Shown: piece by piece, positions 25,505 through 39,300 of the stretch
Layout of the letters: each line of letters opens with the position of its first letter
How positions within the stretch are numbered: position 1 is the stretch's first letter
NCBI RefSeq assembly: GCF_041956535.1
Contig: NW_027192203.1
Span: forward strand, 383,565 to 447,564
Length of the DNA: 64,000 nucleotides
Direction: 5' to 3'
Source: Calcarisporiella thermophila CBS 279.70
Taxonomy: Eukaryota; Fungi; Calcarisporiellomycota
Position numbers and translations under genes: made by a program
Notes under the pieces: generated by a model
The model's input: the letters and a program-made list of their open reading frames with translations, nothing else
Database searches by the model: none
What the model was told of the DNA's origin: nothing

Positions 25505-26347
25505 TTACTGAGGCTCTTTGACAATCAGCACAGGAACATGGGAGTGATGGGCACAGAAATCAGAGACAGAGCCCAAGAAGGTTCTGCAGTAAGAAGTCAA
25601 ATTTTAGGCTGGTAAACAAGACTCCAAAACACGTTCAGACTACCTCTTTAATGCCCCAAGTTGACGGCATCCCATGACCAGCACATCCACCTTCAGCTCT
25701 TTAATTTTGCGAACGATCTCTTCGCGCGGATCTCCTCTCATAGCAATCGCTTTACACATGATCTATTACGTTACAGGTTAAGTATTGTCATTGTGAAGCG
25801 TCAGCGCAGAGACTCACGTTTTTCTCTCTAAGTTTCTCGGCTAGCGTTTTGAGAAGCCGATGGCTCTCAAGACGTTGCTGAGGGTTATGGCGCGAGAACC
25901 ATTAAAAAGGGATGCTATCGAATGGAAAAAAGGGGGAATAAACATACATGCTCCTCCAAATTGGTGACAAACTGCGAGAATTGAATGGTGCCTATCCCTA
26001 AATGAACCACCATTTAGTTCAAATTAAGTTTCTGATATGTTCATAATGCTACCATATGGCCCGGGCAACATAACATTTTGCCGGACATTGGCGAGAATGA
26101 CCAAATCACTTTCAGGTCTTACGAAATTCTAGTACATTCAATTCAGAATGCATTCAAGCATCTCAATATCTCTTTGGAGAAATAAAAATTTCCTGCATAC
26201 TTCAAGTGCCCAGCTAAAGGCATATTGGCTATGTGGACTATGATCGACGGCAATGAACACGATCCGAGTGACTGTTTTATCCTCGGTAGACACATCATGA
26301 GACACGGTTTCGTGCCCAGCTTCTTCGGTAGAGGTCTGTTCAGACAT
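25505..26347 (-). CDS. Universal stress protein A (USP) family protein, 6 exons
   Basis: RIVFIAVDHSPHSQYAFSWALE, GDPREEIV, DVLVMGCRQLGALKRTFLGSVSDFCAHHSHVPVLIVK. Confidence 0.92.
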
Positions 26348-27283
26348 GTTTGAGTGGATAATTATTTTTGTTCCCAGGAAGAGAAAATCTCAAGTTTTTA
26401 TCGTATGATATCAACGCCACCGTGAAAAACTCGAGACAACTATTTACAAGGGTATAATTAAATATGCGATGTATTAATTGAGATTGAATTTATTGAAAGA
26501 AGATCAAATAAAAAGCAAGATTGAAGTCTATTAGCCCAGCTTCATGTCAAGTGTAGCGATTTCGCCATGAGCATCCCAACCGGTGCATTGGCAGATGGAG
26601 CAAAGACGCTGGGGATGGTTATGCACGGCGGTTAACAGAAACCTTCCATGAAACAGCACTTCCCAGTTCTTTAGCACCAATGCAGCGAGGCTACTTCGGT
26701 GTATAAACATTTAATCATCAGCCGGTCAAAACAGAGGGATATCAATCCATCCCCATGTTACAATTTATTAACGAGACGAAGAGCGTGTGGCGTTGCACGT
26801 AAAGTGTTGATAGGTGTACCGAGAAGGTAGCCAATATGCTTGATTACATCGACTAATACATTTACGCCGTGCATATCTAAACTAAGCCGAGAGGAACACA
26901 GGGAAAAAAAGTATGTCGGCTAAACAATCTAACCCTCCCAAAATTGTCAGTCAATTTTTCTTTTTTCTGCGCAAGTGAGGAGATTCAAACTATAGCGAAC
27001 GCAGCAGACGCACGCCTTTCGAAGAATCTTTTTGGTGTTACTTGTGCTCTGGAGAGGGCAAAGAGGTCCATGGACCTCGAAGTGGCTTTTAAACTGGCAC
27101 AATAGATAAAGGTGTTTAAGTGCAACGGGTTCTGAAGGCTCAGCCAATGATCACAAATGAAGGCCTTTGTGGCGGGACTTGGTTGCGTGGCGAGTGTTAA
27201 AGATTGGGGAAAAAAAGGCTGACGTGAAAGAAAACCCTATGCCTCTTCCTCTTGGCTTAGTGAGGAGTTAGATATCTCTATTG

Positions 27284-27292
27284 AATATAAAG
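27284..27292 (+). promoter_or_regulatory. Putative TATA box of the C2H2 TF gene
   Basis: TATAAA about 85 nt upstream of the ATG at 27372. Confidence 0.35.
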
Positions 27293-27371
27293 GCTTGAGT
27301 TTTGTGGTGCATGCCTGTTCCCTTTTTTCCAAAATACATTTTCTAATCCACGGCAAAACCCCTGAATCACA

Positions 27372-28205
27372 ATGAAGGCCTCATGCAGCGCTGAGATTCC
27401 TGGTCATTCCCAATTGAGTGGGCATAATCTATTCCTTTCTAGTTCTTCAGCCTCACAAGAAGCGGCAGAGTCAGAAATTCAAAGAACGCCCTTCACAATA
27501 TCTGTAGACCTCAAAATATCAACGACAGCCAGCTCATGGCATGAGGAGTCTTATTGTTGCTCATCTCTACCTCATCACCCTTCTTCTCCCCGACACACGT
27601 CAAGTTTAAAGGCTACCCTACAGCACGAGGATTCACCCTTTATACCATCCAGCACCGAGAATTCGGGCCATACTTCTAAAGTTCCCCTCCTTTCTCATCA
27701 TATGAATGACTCTACGCCCTATTACAAGTGCACTTATTCAGGATGTGGCAAGGGCTTCACTCGCCTCTACAATCTCAAGTCCCACATGCGTACTCACGTA
27801 GTTGATAAGCCCTATCGCTGCACACGGTGCTCCCAAGCATTTTCTAGAAATCACGACCTAAAGCGCCATATGAAGATACATGACGGGATAAAGCCCTACT
27901 TGTGTGGATGTGGAAAAGCGTTTAGTAGAATGGATGCACTTAGGCGGCACCGAGCAAACTCTAAAACTCGAATCATATGTGGTGAGGAAGAGCATTTAAT
28001 GGTAGAAGAGTATAAGGTGAAGAGCGAAGAGCCGTCGTCTTTTGGCCTGCCGCAGCTAAACTTTCGTTCTCCTATCATGGAGAGTAAAACCTTGCCGTCA
28101 TTAAAGGATGCCGTTATGCTTGCCGATGCAAAAGACGTGCGCCTGCCGCCAATTAGGACGTTGACAGCTGGAATGCCAACACCCTTGCGAACAATGTCGT
28201 TGTAA
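27372..28205 (+). CDS. C2H2 zinc-finger transcription factor (3 fingers, intronless)
   Basis: [50 protein letters not shown] and [20 protein letters not shown]. Confidence 0.92.
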   Translation: MKASCSAEIPGHSQLSGHNLFLSSSSASQEAAESEIQRTPFTISVDLKISTTASSWHEESYCCSSLPHHPSSPRHTSSLKATLQHEDSPFIPSSTENSGHTSKVPLLSHHMNDSTPYYKCTYSGCGKGFTRLYNLKSHMRTHVVDKPYRCTRCSQAFSRNHDLKRHMKIHDGIKPYLCGCGKAFSRMDALRRHRANSKTRIICGEEEHLMVEEYKVKSEEPSSFGLPQLNFRSPIMESKTLPSLKDAVMLADAKDVRLPPIRTLTAGMPTPLRTMSL

Positions 28206-29030
28206 GGATGGATATACACTACTTTTTTTTCACATTCGCATCTCTTTAGCAGCTGATATTTTATTTTTCCTCTTTGATAATTTATTTGTTTTTTTTTTCT
28301 CGCTTATATATAGTTTCAATCTCATAGGGTTCTTTTTTTTTTTCTTCAAAACATAAAGTTTATGTTTTTATGAGTTGTCGTCTCCAAAGACGGTTCAAAG
28401 TGAGTCGTTTTTTATCGATTCAGACCTTACCGGTATGACGTAGTCAACCTTGGGGCCAATTCAACCTCTATTTTAAAGTTTTATTTATGTGGCGGGGAGA
28501 GGCTATCTAAGTTTTCGCATTAGTGAGGTTGTAGAAGAGGATGGAAGGAAATCCGAAAGGTTGGCAGGACCGTTCATTCCCCGTTTAAGGAGAATCCCTT
28601 CTTGTCAATAAGGTTAACGGGATTTTAGCTAGCGGATTTCCAAAGTGAGATTCGACACAAATTCATGCTATTGGAATAACGTTTTTATACTGGGGTGATC
28701 GCATCATCACCTCCCGCCCTCAAGCGCTTGTAATATACAGAATTATCGCCGATTTCATTGGCTATCATGTAAGGGGGGTGGGTCGAGCTGCCTGGTTAGG
28801 AACCGTTTGAAGCATTTTGTGATCACTATGTCCATTCATGGTCCGAACCAGCACAAATCTCTCAATCTTGACCGCCGTGACTTGCTTGCTGGTGATATAT
28901 TTAATGGTCCCTTCACAGGCCTGCTCTCCACTTTTGCAACCAGAAATACCAAACCCACACTTCAAAAGTTATTTGACGTATTGTTGGATACCTTTTCGTC
29001 TAATTTATTTAACAATAACCCTACATAACC

Positions 29031-32000
29031 ATGAGCACATCAACTACAACAGATACCTCCAATTTCTTCCCTCCAAGCATATCAGATAATGGATACTCTA
29101 TACTGGATGAAAATCCCAGCGGTAGAATTGCAGTATCAACACTCATTTTGCGAGTAAAATATATATCTTGCGCCAGTTGTGTTGATACCATCCAAAAAAA
29201 GTTGGAGCACACGCCCGGAGTTCTTCCCGGAAGTGCTCGCATCTCTCTATTGACAGGCCGGGTGACGTTAGACTTCAATGATGAGGAGGTTACCGAGAAG
29301 AGACTGCGAGAAATAATCGAGGAGTTGGGATACGAGGTAATAGAGAGCAGAGTTACACATGAAGTGGTGCTGGTGAACATGCCAGATGCCAGGGAGGAGA
29401 CGGAGAAGGAGACAGTGCAGATTAGGATAGTGGGGATGACGTGCTCATCTTGTGTGCGAACAATTGAGACACAGTTAGCGACGCGGGATGGGGTTTACTC
29501 CGTAAGGGTGAATCTAATGGCTTCTTCAGGTGTAGTAGAATACGACCCTTTGCGTATTGGACCAAGAGATATAATCGAATCCGTAGAGGCAATGGGCTAC
29601 AGCGCATCTCTCGCACCAAAAGAGTATAGCCCAGCATCGGGTCAAGTGAACCCCTACAAGCATCGAGCTCTCGTGGCTTTGCTGTTTGCTGTGCCGACCT
29701 TTGTGATAAGCATGGTGTTTATGATGATGCTACCAGATCGCCATCCAATTCGCCGGGCCATGGAGCATGAGCTCATAATGGGCCTCAACATCGGCACCAT
29801 AGTTCTATTCCTTCTCGCCACTCCTGTCCAGTTGTGGCTCGCCTGGCCCTTTTATTCTAAGGCATATGCATCGCTCCGCTATACTCACACCGCAAACATG
29901 GACGTGCTCGTTGTACTGGGGACCACCGCAGCCTATCTCTCCTCTGTAGGCACCGTCATTGCCAACATCGTTACTCACAATATGGCGGGCCATCAGTTCT
30001 TCGAAACCTCAGTGTTTCTCGTTACCTTTATTCTGCTTGGAAAATACCTGGAGGCATCTGCCAAGCGACGGACCATGGCAACAATAGATGGGTTAGTGAG
30101 GTTGCAGCCCGAGAGAGCGGTGCTCGTACGATACAACGAAAACGGAGATGTGGAGAGAGAAGAGGAGATAGATTTGGAGCTAGTTCAAGGTTTGTAAACT
30201 CTAAAAAAGGTCTACGTTGATGCTGATATGCACATTGACCGCCCTGTTGATGCTGAAACCATAGTTGGCGATATACTCAAGGTTAATCCTGGGGCACGCG
30301 TGCCATGCGATGGGGTTATCACGAAAGGCATATCCACACTGGATGAATCCTCCCTCACCGGCGAGTCTCTACCAGTGACTCGGTCTCCAGGGAGTTTGGT
30401 CCTCTCTGCGACGCTGAATCTTACCTCGCCTCTGTATGTTCGCGTCACCCGGACGGGACAAAACACCACTTTAGCCCGAATCATTGCCCTGGTCAACGAA
30501 GCACAATCAGCGCGCAAGGCTCCCATCGAACAGCTGGCCGATCAGATATCGAGTATTTTCGTGCCCGTGGTAATTGTATTGGCGGTAGTAACGTTTGCAG
30601 GTTGGCAAATCGCCTATTCTTTGGGACATGTACCGAGGGATTGGATTCCAGTCAATATCGGAGGAACAGTCTTTGCCATTTTCTTTGCGATCGCGGTGCT
30701 GGTAGTAGCATGTCCTTGTGGGCTAGGGCTGGCCTCCCCTACTGCAATTGTAAGTGAGCAAGCAAGAGAACATGGAGAACTGTGGGATTGTCCGAGGCTG
30801 ACCAAATCTTTTTGTATTTTAATGAATAGATGGTTGGCACGGGGGTTGCAGCCAAGCACGGCATCCTAGTGAAGGGTGGAGCCACTGCGCTAGAGTTGGG
30901 GCACCACGTCAATTGCGCTGTGTTCGATAAGACAGGCACCCTCACTCTCGGACAACCAGTTGTGACCGACACACTCCTTCACCCTGTGATTTCAAGTGAA
31001 GAGGCCAAGCGGAATGTCTGGTCGTTGATTGGGGCGATTGAAAGCGGCAGCGAGCATCCTTTGGCAAAAGCAGTCGCCCAGTACGTGGCAAAACAAATAG
31101 AAACTCCTGGTAGTAGCGAAAGGACGGACGACAGTGGAGAGAAAAGAGCGCACGTCATTGCCGGTTGGTGTGAGATTGTGAGCGCGGAGGAAATACCTGG
31201 CTCTGGGATGCGGGCCCATGTAACTCCCCTTGCTTCAGCAGCTGATCCCTTCTCTGGATTGCTGAATTCCGGGAGCAAAGAGGGAGAGTACATCGTGTAT
31301 GTAGGAAGCGAAAGATTTCTTGAATCGATTGGGGCACAGCCATCCGAGAAGCAAGAGGTCGCGGATAAAGTGCATCAATGGCATGAAAAAGGATGCTCGG
31401 TGGTTTGGGTGGGCGCTCGCACTAAGGACAATGAAGACATCACCTTACTGGCACAGATTGCTATTGCAGATCCGCCCCGTCCAGAGTCGGCAGAGGTGGT
31501 ACAATATCTCACACAGAGAGGCTGCAAGGTATGGATGCTTACCGGAGATAATACCACCACCGCCAGAGCGGTTGCAAAAAAGATCGGAATCAAACCAGAA
31601 AGAGTGATCAGTGGGGTCTCACCCGAAGGAAAAGCCGCGTTCGTGAAACAGCTAGTGGAGATGAAGGTAACAGATGCGGACCAGGAAGACAGTGAGACCA
31701 ATGCGGATGAAATTGGAGTAGCTCGGAGATGGTTTTCCAAGCTCCGTAAGGTTTGGAGATGGAGGCAGAACAAAAAGAATATCGTCATGATGATAGGAGG
31801 TAGGTATCAGGAGTTCCTCGTTTTCCACCCATCTTTTTCCTCATTCTTTTCTCTATTACTATAGATGGAGTCAACGATACTCCAGCTCTTGCAACGGCAC
31901 ATCTCTCTGTCACATATACGTCTGCTACCCCTGCGGCCACTGATGTGGCCCTTGTTCTGCTCTCCTCCTCGCGTCGTTTTCCACTTTTATCACTTCTTAC

Positions 32001-32250
32001 CTTTGTGGAGCTTTCCACGTCCATTGTATACCGTATTCGACAAAATTTCGCGTGGGCATTTGGCTATAACTTATTGGCCATCCCACTAGCGGCCGGTGTT
32101 TTCTATCCGGTGTTGCATTGGGGGTTGAGACCAGAGATTGCGGCTGTCGCGATGACCCTCTCGAGCATAAGCGTCGTGTTGGCGAGTCTGCTTTTGAGGT
32201 TATGGAAGCCGCCAGCGGTAGTCCGCGCGTGGGAGAAGAAAATTGTATAA
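29031..32250 (+). CDS. Cu(+)-transporting P1B-type ATPase (Ccc2/CrpA-like), 4 exons
   Basis: Two HMA motifs (ISCASC, GMTCSSC), TGES, CPC, DKTGTLT, SEHPL, TGDN, GDGVND, YN and MxxSS transmembrane motifs. Confidence 0.96.
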
Positions 32251-32423
32251 AATTTTTGAATGACGATCTGTGAGTATCAGGATACCTTGCCAGTGCAGTA
32301 GTTACGCGTTTACACTGGTATTTTCGCTCTTGTTTTTGAAACGATGTATGTATGTGTATTAAGCATGTAAAGACATATGGACCCAATGCTCTCCCTATAC
32401 CACCTTTTGTATCTACCTCCACG

Positions 32424-32472
32424 CTTATTTATTTATTTATTTATTCATACATTCATACATTCATACATTCAA
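32424..32472. repeat. Microsatellite (TTTA)n / (TTCATACA)n
   Basis: ttatttatttatttatttattcatacattcatacattcatacattc. Confidence 0.7.
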
Positions 32473-33130
32473 TCATTTGCTCAACTTATTTAAATACCAA
32501 TGAAAGCCACTTGGCCAGAAGGCAACTCAACAAAAAAGGAATATACACTGACACTTTAAAAATCTTTTTACGAATTAATTGATTTAATAAGCTCTAACCT
32601 GGATTCTCCCTTCCGGAGAGGGAGAAACAGACGGAAGAAACTTCCATCCATTGATTGTGACTTAGCAATAATGAGAAAGGATATTATATATCTTTTACTT
32701 GAACAAGATTATCATTTTTTCAACTACAATACTATTCAATAGTGAATAGAACTAAAGGGGAAAAAGGTAGAAAAGGGAGAGAAAGGAAAAAGGGAGAAAC
32801 CCTGGATAGTATATAACCATAATAATCTATTAAAAGTAAAAAAGAAAAAAGAAAATGGAAAAAATGGATCAAGTATAACCAGTACGCAGCGAAACATGGG
32901 AGCACACGCAAAAGAAAATAGAGGAGAAAAGGTATGGAAAAAAATATACAAATGCTAAACAGAGGGAGGGGAGAGGAAGAGAGAGAGGGAGGAAGAGAAA
33001 GGGTAAAGGCCAGCTATTATACTGATGAAGATGTGCATTAGAGAGACAGACATAACACAAGATATATAAAGATATATAGAGGAAGGGATGAGGATGGAAT
33101 TATTCACTCTGTTGTTATCCGAAAACACTT

Positions 33131-35495
33131 TTAAGCAGCCGCTGGACAATGTGGGTAATGGATAAACCCACACACGTCGTCCGCCTCCATATCCGACGCG
33201 GCAACTCCACTGCCCACCAGGCATACTCGCGTTAAAAGGCGTCTCAACCGCGAGTGACTTGAGCGGCATCCTCCCGCCGCAGCCCGCTCGAACCAGTACG
33301 TTGCACCCTCCAGGTCCACTGCACAACCAAGCCCCTTTTCGAGACAGTTGGCGAGATGATACTGTGCCGAAAGATGATCTTGCTCAGCCGCCAGTCTAAA
33401 GTAGTGGACGGCAAGCGTCAAATCCTGACGGGTTCCTAGACCAAGCTGGAGGTGCCGTGCGAGTTTATCCTGAGCTCGTGCATGGCCCTGCGCAGCCGCC
33501 TTTTTGTACCAACGTACCGCCATGGTATCGTCGCGGTCCACGCCAATGCCCTGGCTATAGCAATAGCCTAGGTTGTGTTGAGCCCAAGGGTTCGATTGGT
33601 GCGCACTCTTGGCGTACCAGTAGACAGCCCGCTTAGGATCTCTTTCCACTCCGACGCCCTCTTCGTAACAATACTAGAAGGGAAAGGGACCAAACTCCTG
33701 ATTAGCTACCCATTCGTACTCATATACACGCAGAAAAGAATAGAGAACACGACCGAAGCCGATGCTTACCCCTAGAGAGTTTTGCGCAAGAGCGTTGCCC
33801 TGTTCTGCGGCCCGGGTGAACCACATAACCGCCATCATGTCATCCTTTTCAACCCCGGTCCCGGTCCTATAGCAGTATCCGAGGGATAGTTCGGCAGGAG
33901 CGTGGCCTCTCTCTGCCGCGAGGCGGTACCATCTTGCTGCCTCCTTCTCATTCTTCTCCACCCCGATACCATTCTGGTAGCAGTAGCCGAGGGAGTGAAA
34001 TGCAAAAATATTCCCGCGCTCTGCGCTCTGGCGATACCACCTTACCGCCTCCTTCTCGTCACGTTCGACTCCGATTGCATTTTGGTAGCAAAACTACGGG
34101 TGAATGGGTAGGTTAGTTGGTAGGGAAGAGGGGGGGGTTAATGAAGCAAATTCCTACCCCAAGATTGTGCTGGGCTCTTGCATGCCCTTGCAACGCTGCT
34201 CGCCGGTACCAGAAGACGCCACGCTCCGGGTTCTTCTCCACCCCGATTGCATTCTGGTAGCAATAGCCTAAATTGCACATGCTCCATGGATATCCCTGTT
34301 CGGCGCTCATCGCATACCACCGGGCCGCCTCAACTTGGTTGCGCTCCACTCCAATGCCATCCTCATATAGATACTACCATATTCGTTGGCTAGAGTCAGT
34401 GGATGAACACTACTAAGTGGCAAAATCCACAGAAATACTCTACCCCCAAAGAGTTTTGAGCAAATGCGTTGCCGAGCTCCGCGCTCCTGCGATACCACAT
34501 CACGGCCTGTTTTACGTCACGCTCGACTCCGATGGCCTCCTCGTAGCAGTAGCCGAGATTATACATGGCGACGCTTTCCCCTTGTTCGGCAGCTAAGCGG
34601 TACCACCGCAGCGCCTCTTTTTCGTCCTTTTTCACACCGAAGCCCTCTCCGTAACAGTATCCCAGAATTCCTTGGCCGCGAGGGTGGCCCTGCTCGGCCG
34701 CGTTTTTGTACCATTTGAAGGCTTCGTGTTCGTCTCTGGTAACCCCGATCCCATCGTGATAGCACACTATGCGGATCCATCGATTAATTCCAATTAAGGA
34801 AAGCTAATCAAGAGTAATTAATTCATACCGCCAAGTGCATACTGGGCAGCGGGATGATTCTCCTCTGATGCAGCTTCGAATAGCCAGCTGAATGCAAGGG
34901 AAAAGTAAAATGAAAGTTAATTTTTTCTTTTCCTCACGGTGCCGTGTTATATTCTCCATATTGGAGGTAGAGCGACTTACGCAATAGCTGAGCGGCCCTG
35001 TCGCCGCACACAATCCTGCCAATGCTCCGCCTCAATTCGATCGATCCGCACCCCCGGTCTCCCATACTTTCTCAAAAACGCAAGTCGCGCTCTTGCAAGC
35101 CCACAACCGCTGCTGCTTGCCCGCACATATTCTCGCTCCGCTGCTCGAAAGTCACATTCCACCCCCAGCCCGAATTCGTAGCAGAATCCCAGCACCCCGC
35201 GCGCCAATACGTGGCCTAATGCGCTGGCACGGTGGTAGTACTCTACCGCGCGGGCTGGGTCGCTTGCATAATCAGCGCGGCCAAACAGGTAGTTTTGGCC
35301 CAGCTTGTAGAGGCTTAATGCATCATTCTCATTAGAAATGGGGGGCGACAGTGGAGCTACGGTCAGAGGAAGCTTCGTGCGCTGGCGTGGGCGGAGGCGC
35401 CGACGGTCTGAGCGAGAGGTCGTAATGCGATTCATTACGGAGATGAGATGCTTTCCTGAATGAAAGAGGTTTGACATGCGAATGGAATGGGGCAT
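33131..35495 (-). CDS. SEL1-like repeat protein (~13-14 repeats; Skt5/Chs4-like family)
   Basis: Repeated AQxxLGxCYxxGxGVxxDxxxAxxWYxxAAEQG units over 6 exons. Start Met (MPHSIRM...) is uncertain. Confidence 0.9.
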
Positions 35496-35545
35496 GTCTT
35501 CCAGCACCCAAAGCCAGTAAGAGTAGATGGCAAGAAGGACGCAGA

Positions 35546-35598
35546 AGAGAGGGAGAGAGAGAGTGAGTGAGTGAGAGGAAGAGAGAGAGAGAGAGAGA
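35546..35598. repeat. (GA)n/(CT)n microsatellite upstream of the SEL1-repeat gene
   Basis: gagagggagagagagagtgagtgagtgagaggaagagagagagagagagagag. Confidence 0.8.
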
Positions 35599-37424
35599 AA
35601 TGTTTGGACGAATGCGAAAGTAGAAATTCGCGAGCGTGTGTGTGTGGAGAACAAAGAGGGAAAGGAGAGAAGAAGAGAAAGAGAGGAGGAGGTGGATCAA
35701 AATATATATTTCAAATCATCCCAATGTCCTGTTTTTTGAGACCCATTACATCCATTTTAGGTAAGAGTAATACAGGCAAATATACACCTTTCGAATGGCA
35801 GCGAGGGGAGTGCCTACGGCGTGGTCTGAGCGTACATACACATCATCCCAAATCCTCCGCAACACATCGTAAAGTTTGTTTGATACTAATACTCTGGCCC
35901 GATCTTCTGCCTTTACAGTATGAAACATCGCTCTAGATCGCGAGCTGAAATCATGGCTGCCTCTTCCGCCCCCTCTTCTTCTCATCCCCTCTCTCCAGCT
36001 TTGGGCTGCTGCGGCCGGCTTTGGTCTCGTTTCCACTCTCCTCGCTCATATTAAGATTTTAATCTGTTGCCTTAATCGACCACAGCGAAAAAAATCATCG
36101 CCTCCGCTGTGGATTTGCTTTCTGGCTGCAGCCAAAGAGCCCGGCGGGAGCTTCGTCTGGATTGCAAGCAGGGCAGCGAGATTTCGAATGAAAATTGGGG
36201 AGCGGAATCAGGCGAAAAATCTCTTAGTGGCAATATCGGGCGAATGCACAGCTTTCCCTCCCAGGCCGCGGCTGGCCCGCAGCCAGCCGTGTGCGCCTAT
36301 TCGCATGCTTAGCATTAGGTTTAATTCTAGTTTCCTGCCCAATTTGTTTTTCTGGTGGACTTGTTAAGGTTGCGCAAGCAATGAAAACAGCAACCACGAT
36401 GGAGCTGTTGCTCGTTTGTGTTCATTGTTTGTTGTGGTGATGCTTAGTGATTTGTAATAGGCAACGAGCAGGCAATGATCGGTGAATGGGGTGTCGTAGA
36501 GATTGCTTGCGTAAGTGGCCCCTAACTAGGCTTTGCAAGAGAATGCTAACAAACCGGATCTCTATGTAAAACCATGATGGAATTAGGTTAAACAAGAATT
36601 CGCAAAATAAATCATTTCAGAATTTGGGCAAAACTTTGGCTGAACCTACTTCTTGAAATAAATTTGATTTAAGATGGCTAAGATTGCGGTCGAACAGTAC
36701 AGGCGGGAGGGGGGGATATAGGATCCCGTGTTTATCTTTATTAGGCGCCAGCTTCCGGTCACGCCTCATGCCCTCTTTGCTTCTCCCTTGTGGCCGATTT
36801 TCCTATGACCTCTTCTGACATCATCTGTAATCTGCAGCGAGGGGATGCGCCTTGGGATTTGCACACGCGCCCTGCATCTTGTTTAATATCGGTAAGCTTA
36901 CCAAACCATCCCTCCTACTTTGCCTTACCTCTCCCCTCCCCACCCTCCTTCGAACTCCAAGTTTCCCTCCAAATGATTTCTGATTGGCATTGCAGTTTGA
37001 CCATCGCAGCTACATACGTAATTAACCATGGCGATTTGCTCTATATTGCTCCATTTCAATAAAATTGAAACTGAGACCTGTGTAGCCAACCATTTCCGGC
37101 TCTCTGTTCCTCAATAGAGGAGGGAGGGGGGGGGGGGAGGGGAAACAAATTCACTGATCTCAGTTCAATTGTACTTGGTCCCTCCAATTTCTCATTAGAC
37201 CTCTACATTTATATGTATATATTTATATTGATACAGAAACACGAAGATTTAATCTAGAAAAAAATCGCCATACAGATTCGCGCATGCACATGCATCCGAA
37301 CACGCGCCCGCACCCGCTCACTCACTCATGCTCACATAGCCACAAGTGTTTACAAAATAAAAATAGAAATAAAGCCAGAACAAGGCATGGTGTGTAAGCG
37401 AGTGCATCCTCTTTAAACTTGTAT

Positions 37425-38895
37425 TTACGACTTCAATTGTCTCCACGCAACCTGCATAGGAGTCCGGTGGTCTTTCATGCGTTCGGTCGCATCTCTCCGT
37501 TCCTGCTCCTCTTCCCGCCGGCTTAGCGCCTCCAATCTCCGGTCCCGCTCCTCGCTTACCTTTTTAGCTTCCACCATCATCTCCTCCAAGCGCCTTTGTC
37601 GCTCCTGCTCGACCTTCTTGCGTTCTTCCCCGTGGTCTTCATCTCTTGACAACTCTGTTCTGCGGTGAGCATTCTCTACTCTGTGATGGCCACCATGCCT
37701 CGAGGATCTAGAGTTGGTCGGTGAGCGCGAGCGTCGCCTTCTCCGTGGGGATGGAGACCTACGTCTATCAGATTCACGGTCCAAAGTGCGGCGAGGAGGT
37801 GATCGTGAAGCTCGGCGATGAGGCTCATCTCGCCTACTCCGATCGTGCCGGGAGGGAGATCGAGACAACCGCTGTCGTCGTTCCTCCCCTCTATCCCGTT
37901 GCCGGTGGGCATCGTGGGCTGTCGCTCGATGGTGTCGGCCTTCGTATTCATGCTCATCTCTATGTCTAGATTCCCGTGGCTCTCTATGGCGTGGAGGTGT
38001 TCGACTCCGATCTCTCCTTCGATCAGGCGATGGCGACTCGGATGAGGATCGCCGCTTATGCTTCTTTTCCTTTTTTTCCTTCTTTGCTTTCTTTGCTTTT
38101 TTGTCCGGCTTGATTCCATATGCCTATGTGATGGTAAAAAGAGAGCAAGCAATTAATATTCATTAAAAAATAGGAGCAAAAAGATAGAAGCTTCTGCTAT
38201 TACCTCTTGGAGGGCTTTTAGTTTCAGCGGGTTGTCCAGAATCGACTTCAACGATTGCTGCTCTCGTTTTTTTATCGAGAGCAACGGATCATCACGTATT
38301 TTGTTTTGAGTATCCCGGTAGTTGTTTGCATTGGGATTGATCACAGCGGTCGCGCTTGTGAAGTCGGCCCCAAATGAGAGCTTTTGCATCTCGTCTTTAT
38401 CTTCAAGAAGCTTATCTACCCGTCTCTTCCCTAGAAGATAATCTTCCCATTCCTCAGATCGGTGGGCTGCACCCTCCCCCATACCTCCGGTGGTATACAT
38501 CCAGTCTAGCCGCTCTGATCGTTTCCTAATTTGATCCAAGAGGAAAGAAAAATCCATTAGCTAGAGCTCCAAATGTAAAAGATTGATTCTTTGAATCATA
38601 AAGGTAACATCAATATTATTCAAATGATCACTTACTTCAACCCAGCTTCCTCCTGGATCCGTTGTAAATCCTGGAGCTGCCGCTCTTGTTCGAGCTCCTT
38701 TCTCAGCTGTGTGAGTTTCTTCTCTTCCTCCTTGGCCTTCTGCTCCTCTCGCCATACTCTTTCCAAGTTCTTATAGGTTTGGGGATGCCAGCTATATCAT
38801 CGCAAAATTAAGGTTGAGTTAGTAAACGTCATCTCAAATCATCAGCAAGACAGGCAGACGTACCTTTTTTTTAAGTTGAGATCGCCTCCTCCCAT
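37425..38895 (-). CDS. CWC25: Pre-mRNA splicing factor Cwc25
   Basis: MGGGDLNLKKSWHP, ERLDWMY, EDYLLGKRRVD, KIRDDPLLSIKKREQ and an RS-rich C-terminal region. Confidence 0.93.
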
Positions 38896-39300
38896 TTTCG
38901 ATATTAAGTAGATCCAGAAAAAAACTCTTGGGCGGGAAGAGTCTTGGTGATAGATCAAACGAGTTCTCGTTGTCCTTATCTCACAAAAAGGTGCTGTGCC
39001 ACAGCCTGTGAGTTTAAATTTTGGTTAGCAATTGAATGCCATATATATATATTTATATACGAATAGGCCCTTCCTCAATACAAAATAAAAAAATGATTAT
39101 ATTCTACAAGCAAGAAAAAAAGGGAAGAACAACCATAGCCAAAATGCGTGTGAATCTCCATTTACTAAGAATAGAATAAAAAAGGGAGAATTGGCAGTAG
39201 AAATAGTCCAACCAGAACAACACTCGAGGAGATGTGAACACAGGGAATATATAATATATAATATTTAGGCAGTTTTTAGAACCTTTAGTCCAAAATGCAT

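Noticed and set aside
33131-33150. CaaX prenylation box on the SEL1 protein, as in Chs4/Skt5
   Set aside because: The C-terminus is CPAAA, with Cys at position -5 rather than -4, so strict Chs4 orthology is not claimed.
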